From Ostreococcus lucimarinus (taxonomy: Eukaryota), in assembly GCA_000092065.1 (NCBI GenBank), contig CP000581.1: DNA of 64,000 nt. The stretch is one strand, 5' to 3'. The notes beneath the pieces are model-generated. The model saw nothing but the letters and a program-made list of their open reading frames with translations, did not search any database and was not told where the DNA came from. Positions 59,739 through 64,000 of this stretch are shown here, one piece after another (position 1 is the first letter of the stretch; the number at the start of each line of letters is the position of its first letter). The position numbers and the translations under genes are program-made.

Positions 59739-60941
59739 ATGGACGCGAGTCGCCGCCGGAGCGGGTCGTTGGAGTTCGGCGTGGTGGAGAACTGCGCGCC
59801 GAATGAAGCGTTTAATTTGAATGGCTTTGGGTTCGCGTTCGACGCGTGCGCGATACGAGGCGAACGGCCGTACATGGAGGATCGATGGTGCGCGGTGTTG
59901 GATGAGGAGATAGGAGCGTTTGTGCTTGCGGTGTACGATGGACACGGCGGCGCGGCGGTGAGTTCGCACTTGAGCGCGCACCTGGCGCGGGAGGTGCTGG
60001 GGGAGGCGACGCTGCGGAGTGATCCAGAGACGGCGCTGAAACGGGCGTTTAAGCGTGTGAATGACGTCGTGTGCGATCGGAATCCAGGTGATATGCGAGG
60101 GATGTATGGGAGACCAGGGGCGGGTTCGACGGCGATCATGGCGCTGATTATTCCGCCTAAAATGTACGTAGCGAACGTGGGCGATTCGCGCGCCACGGCG
60201 TTGGACAATCGAGGGCAGGTGACGTTTGAGTCGAAGGATCAGCGCCCGTGCGTGGCTGAGGAGAAGGAAAGAATAGTTAGAGATGGTGGGTTCGTCAAGC
60301 GCGGTAGAGATGGGACGTTGCGAACGTGTGGTATATTAGCGGTGTCGCGCGCTTTCGGCAACGCGGGCATCAAGCAGTTTTTATCCGTCGAACCGGAGGT
60401 GTACGCTGTAGATTTGGAGACCGTTGATTCGTTGATTTTATGCTCAGACGGGTTGACTGATGTCATGGGGAGTAAGTTGGCGAGTGAAACGATGCGCGCG
60501 GCGCCAGTCGGCGTAGTGGCCTCTTCGCCCTCGCCCGTACGGACGAGACGCGTCGCCAACTCGCTCGTCACTCTCGCGCGCGTTCGGCAAAGTAGAGACA
60601 ATATCAGCGCTGTCGTGCTCCAGGCGCGAAAGTTATCGTCCATTACGTTTCCTTCTCTAGATACTCCGGTCTCTGATGTGCAAGCCACGTTTGGAACGCC
60701 AGAGACGGTGCAGTATAATCCGGCGCCCGCCGACGTGAAGGACGGCCAAGACGCTGCGTCACGAGCGGCGCTAGATTTCGACGCGAACAAAGAGGGCGTG
60801 ACTGTAGACGAGAAGGTGAGCGCGCAAGAGCACGATGACGATGCGCAGGCTTCTGATGACGATGGACTCTCGTCGCCTGTTCCGAGTGTCATGAGAGAAT
60901 CGACACAAGCAATCACGCCAATCATTCACGCGAGCGGTTGA
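59739..60941 (+). CDS. Protein phosphatase 2C (PPM family)
   Basis: FGFAFDACAIRGERPYMEDRW, VYDGHGG, GSTAIMAL, GDSRA, LAVSRAFGN, ILCSDGLTDV. Confidence 0.9.
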   Translation: MDASRRRSGSLEFGVVENCAPNEAFNLNGFGFAFDACAIRGERPYMEDRWCAVLDEEIGAFVLAVYDGHGGAAVSSHLSAHLAREVLGEATLRSDPETALKRAFKRVNDVVCDRNPGDMRGMYGRPGAGSTAIMALIIPPKMYVANVGDSRATALDNRGQVTFESKDQRPCVAEEKERIVRDGGFVKRGRDGTLRTCGILAVSRAFGNAGIKQFLSVEPEVYAVDLETVDSLILCSDGLTDVMGSKLASETMRAAPVGVVASSPSPVRTRRVANSLVTLARVRQSRDNISAVVLQARKLSSITFPSLDTPVSDVQATFGTPETVQYNPAPADVKDGQDAASRAALDFDANKEGVTVDEKVSAQEHDDDAQASDDDGLSSPVPSVMRESTQAITPIIHASG

Positions 60942-61015
60942 AATTGCAAGTTGATAGCAGCGCGCGCGTCTAGTGGGGATTACAAAGTGTATGTTTAATA
61001 CGAAGGACAACAGTA

Positions 61016-63166
61016 TTACGGCGTTGTCGTCGTTGCTTGGGGTTTATTTCGCATCTTCGTAGCGAGTTTCGCCGCTTTCTCGTCCGTCAACACTCCGATG
61101 GCGGACCAGTACGAAAAACCCGCCAAGACGTAAAACGCGGGAGCCAGGAGCAAGGCGTGTTGCAAGTCGTACTTCGAGGCCAGGGATGCCACTAAAAGCG
61201 GTCCAATTCCTGCGACCATGTTTCTCACTGCGAGGTGCGCTGCCGCGGCGACGCTCGGCGTCTCTGGTAGGGCATCTCGCGTCATCACCGCCGTCGGCGC
61301 TCGGAATATTTCCGAAGCTACGATGCCCGGGAACAAGTACATGAGGGACGTTTTATAGTCATCGGCGAGAAGAGACGCAGCGAGTAACGGACCAGCTGCG
61401 ATCGTCATGATGGATATAAACCACCTCTGCCCATTCGGTCCGCGGGATTGGAGTCTATCACAAATCCAACCCCCGCCGAGACCACCGGTGACGCCCGCGA
61501 TTGGGATGACCATCGCCAGGAGCGGGTCGTACTCTTGCGGCGTGAGCGAAAATACGCGCTCGTAAAACGCCGCTTGAAAGGCAATCATGGACCATCCGGC
61601 GACGTCAGATAATGTCGCCGCCGTCGTGACTTGTCTAAACGCTTCGCTATCGAAACATCTGGTCAAGGAGTCGAACATGTCGTTCTTCTCCGTCGGCTTG
61701 ATGGGGACGGAGGTGTACTGGCCAGCCATGTTGCTTTGCGCCGCGGCCGCTCGCGCGGCGGTTCTCACTCGCTGCTCCTCCGTCGTGAGATCGTCTTCGT
61801 CGATCGTCGAGCCCACGAGAGCGACCAACCCACCGTTGTCGATCGCGGGCAGAGATTTGTACATCTTCTCTTTGAGTTTGCGTCGCTCCCGCTGCGCCTT
61901 TCGCTCTTGCGCGCGCTTGCGCCGCTTCACCGCGCGCGATCCCGTGGACGTGCGCCCGGGATCACCTATCGTGAACAAAATCAGCGGTACTATGATCAAA
62001 CCCGGAAGCGCGACGATGTCGTAAATTTGATGCCACGACATCCCCGAAGACAGCATGGCGTCGCCGACTGTGTTCTCCAAGACGGTGCCGACGTTTGGCG
62101 TCAGCACGACGGCGTCCGCGGTGGTGTACAAAATCGTGTGCGCGCCCAAGGCGCCGATCTCCGTCAAGTACGTCAACGGAAGCGTGATTGGCTCGTTGGA
62201 GAATATGGGATCCTCCGCTCCCGGAGGCAGCGGCGTGCGCCCGACGAAAGCACCGCTCGCGAAACTCACCGCGCGCCCGGCGTGAATGGCCAAATTATAC
62301 ACGCTCAGCGCGAGCGCCTTGTTCCTCGGGAACATCTCCGGAATCATGCTAAACGCCACCGGGTTCTGCGCCCCGTTTCCGACCGCGAACAATCCACGAG
62401 AAATCAACAACGCGGTAAAATTCTCCGAGTGCGCCGTCATGAACGACGCCGCCGTCCACGTCGCCGCCCCCAACGCGAGCAAATTTTTTCGATCCACCGT
62501 ATCCGCCAACACCCCCACGAACGGCAACAGCAACGAATACGTCACCGTGAACAGCGTCGTCAGCACCGCGCCTTGCCCATCGTCCAGCTTCAAATCCGCG
62601 CTCATCGCCGGGAGCAAACTCGGCAACAGAAACCCCGTCGCCGACGCGTGACAGTACGCGCACGTCAGCAACCCCAGCGCCCACGCCGCGCGTCGCTCCC
62701 CTTCCGTTCGAAACCTCCCGCCTCGCCCGCCCGCGTCCGCGTCCGCGCCGCGCCGATCATCGCGTTCGCCCTCGTCGTCCTCGCTCGCGTCGTCGAACGC
62801 GTCCGGGAACGCGTCGAGCGTCGCGCCGTCGACCGACCGCGTCCCGTCCGCGTCAGCATCGTCGACGTCGTCGCGCCGCGCCGTCCCCGTTTCGCGCGCG
62901 CGCACCGCCTCGGCGCGCGTCGCCGCGCGCGCGCGACGTCGCGCGGCGTCCGCGCCGTCGCGCGTCGCGCCGCGCGTCGCCGCGTCGCGCGACGCGCGCG
63001 TCGTCGTCGACGCCGCGGATACGATTCGACGTCGCGGACGTTCGCGCGTCGTCGCGACGCGCGCGATCGCGATCGATCGCGACGGCGCGGACGTCGACGC
63101 CGCGCGCGTCGACGCCGCGCGCATCGAGCGAGCCCGCGTCGCGCGCGCGTCGCGCAGTCCCGGCAC
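61016..63166 (-). CDS. Major facilitator superfamily transporter with long low-complexity N-terminal extension and large central loop
   Basis: 12-TM-like arrangement. MFS signature-like ..GVLADTVDRKNLLALGAATWTAASF.. The N-terminal ~170 aa is Arg/Ala/Thr/Asp-rich. Confidence 0.8.
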   Translation of the reverse strand: MPGLRDARATRARSMRAASTRAASTSAPSRSIAIARVATTRERPRRRIVSAASTTTRASRDAATRGATRDGADAARRRARAATRAEAVRARETGTARRDDVDDADADGTRSVDGATLDAFPDAFDDASEDDEGERDDRRGADADAGGRGGRFRTEGERRAAWALGLLTCAYCHASATGFLLPSLLPAMSADLKLDDGQGAVLTTLFTVTYSLLLPFVGVLADTVDRKNLLALGAATWTAASFMTAHSENFTALLISRGLFAVGNGAQNPVAFSMIPEMFPRNKALALSVYNLAIHAGRAVSFASGAFVGRTPLPPGAEDPIFSNEPITLPLTYLTEIGALGAHTILYTTADAVVLTPNVGTVLENTVGDAMLSSGMSWHQIYDIVALPGLIIVPLILFTIGDPGRTSTGSRAVKRRKRAQERKAQRERRKLKEKMYKSLPAIDNGGLVALVGSTIDEDDLTTEEQRVRTAARAAAAQSNMAGQYTSVPIKPTEKNDMFDSLTRCFDSEAFRQVTTAATLSDVAGWSMIAFQAAFYERVFSLTPQEYDPLLAMVIPIAGVTGGLGGGWICDRLQSRGPNGQRWFISIMTIAAGPLLAASLLADDYKTSLMYLFPGIVASEIFRAPTAVMTRDALPETPSVAAAAHLAVRNMVAGIGPLLVASLASKYDLQHALLLAPAFYVLAGFSYWSAIGVLTDEKAAKLATKMRNKPQATTTTP

Positions 63167-63174
63167 CGCGCGAC

Positions 63175-63204
63175 GATTTGATTTGATTTGATTTGATTTG
63201 ATTT
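63175..63204. repeat. (GATTT)5-6 microsatellite in the MFS/ERGIC3 divergent spacer
   Basis: gatttgatttgatttgatttgatttcac. Confidence 0.9.
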
Positions 63205-63249
63205 CACTTCGCGAGACATCGCGACGCGGTGACGCGCGAAGAAGGCGCC

Positions 63250-64000
63250 ATGCGCCGCGACGACGCGTTCCGCGACCGCTTCGACCTGTTCCCGAAGATA
63301 TCCGACGACTTCGCGCGGCGCACGGCGACGGGCGGCGCGATCGCGACGATCGGGCTGGCGCTCATGGTGATTTTGTTTCTTCAGCAGACGGCGGAACTGA
63401 TGCGAACGACGACGGCGTACGACCTGCGCGTGGACGACGGCGTCGCGGGAGCGACGAAGAAGATCGTGATCAACGTGGACCTGACGCTGCGGGCGATGCA
63501 CTGCGCGCAGGTGAGCCTGGACGCGATGGACGTGACGGGGGAGACGCGGCTGGACGTGTCGAGGAGCGAGGTGCGGACGACGCGAGTGGACGCGCGAGGG
63601 CGGGCGATCGCGATGACGAGCGAACGGACGGCGGTGAACGCGAAAACGGAGGCGGGGGAGCGCGAGAGGGAAGCGACGGGAGGGAGGTCGGCGTGCGGGG
63701 ATTGTTACGGCGCGGCGGAGGCGGGGACGTGCTGCGACGACTGCGACTCTGTGCGAGAGGCGTATCGCGTCAAGGGATGGGCGCTGCCGGATCTGCGACG
63801 GGTGACGCAGTGCACGAAGGAGTACGATGTGGTGGCGATGCGCAACGAACACAAGGAGGGGTGCCACTTTTCGGGACACTTTGAGGTGAACAAGGTGGCG
63901 GGGAACTTTCACATCGCGCCGGGGAAGAGTTATAACAATCTGGGACAGCACGTGCACGATTTATCCCCGTTCGCGGGCGTGGAGAGCTTCAATTTTTCGC
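63250..64000 (+). CDS. ERGIC3/Erv46-family ER-Golgi intermediate compartment protein, N-terminal 250 aa (runs off the window end; absent from the ORF track)
   Basis: ATG at 63250. MRRDDAFRDRFDLFPKISDDFARRTATGGAIATIGLALMVILF..CAQVSLDAMDVTGE..CGDCYGAAEAGTCCDDCDSVREAYRVKGWA..HFEVNKVAGNFHIAPGKS aligns block-for-block with human ERGIC3 (..CAYLSIDAMDVAGE..CESCYGAEAEDIKCCNTCEDVREAYRRRGWA..FLEVNKVAGNFHFAPGKS). Confidence 0.8.
   Translation, partial: MRRDDAFRDRFDLFPKISDDFARRTATGGAIATIGLALMVILFLQQTAELMRTTTAYDLRVDDGVAGATKKIVINVDLTLRAMHCAQVSLDAMDVTGETRLDVSRSEVRTTRVDARGRAIAMTSERTAVNAKTEAGEREREATGGRSACGDCYGAAEAGTCCDDCDSVREAYRVKGWALPDLRRVTQCTKEYDVVAMRNEHKEGCHFSGHFEVNKVAGNFHIAPGKSYNNLGQHVHDLSPFAGVESFNFS

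Noticed and set aside
1-64000. Prokaryote-style features (operons, RBS, sigma promoters, CRISPR, mobile elements)
   Set aside because: The sequence is clearly eukaryotic: spliceosomal introns, clathrin/RPB2/nucleoporin/SAS-6 genes, and a U6 snRNA. No direct-repeat/spacer arrays and no transposase or integrase ORFs were seen.

Overview
This window is GC-rich, gene-dense eukaryotic nuclear DNA. It is most consistent with a Mamiellophyceae-type green alga (Micromonas-like). The evidence for that placement is the plant/plastid-type gene set (tocopherol cyclase VTE1, carotenoid cleavage dioxygenase, Tha4/TatA, long-form HisG, FKBP, GNAT), the centriole/flagellum gene SAS-6, very short intergenic spacers, and short spliceosomal introns that all share the signals G|GTGCGT (or GTGAGT/GTACGT) ... 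CTGAC (branch) ... CAG|. I call about 45 protein-coding genes, including RPB2 (3 exons), clathrin heavy chain, an MFS transporter and a partial ERGIC3/Erv46. I also call a U6 snRNA gene that appears to be interrupted by an mRNA-type intron. That U6 locus is the most unusual thing here. Other notable points are two unusual domain fusions (tandem PDCD4-like MA3 domains + CaMK-like kinase + cNMP-binding domain; OPR/FASTK-like 38-residue repeats + METTL21-like lysine methyltransferase + (KEKKEK)n tail), a 99-bp perfect tandem duplication across a stop codon, a perfect 36-bp palindrome in a divergent promoter, a small transmembrane protein with a histone-H1-like tail, and a candidate dicistronic small-ORF/PP2C pair. 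Most long Arg/Ala/Pro-rich entries in the ORF track are out-of-frame or antisense artefacts of the high GC content. TTG/GTG 'M' starts in the track are not real eukaryotic starts. No tRNA, rRNA, CRISPR or prokaryote-style operon features were found.
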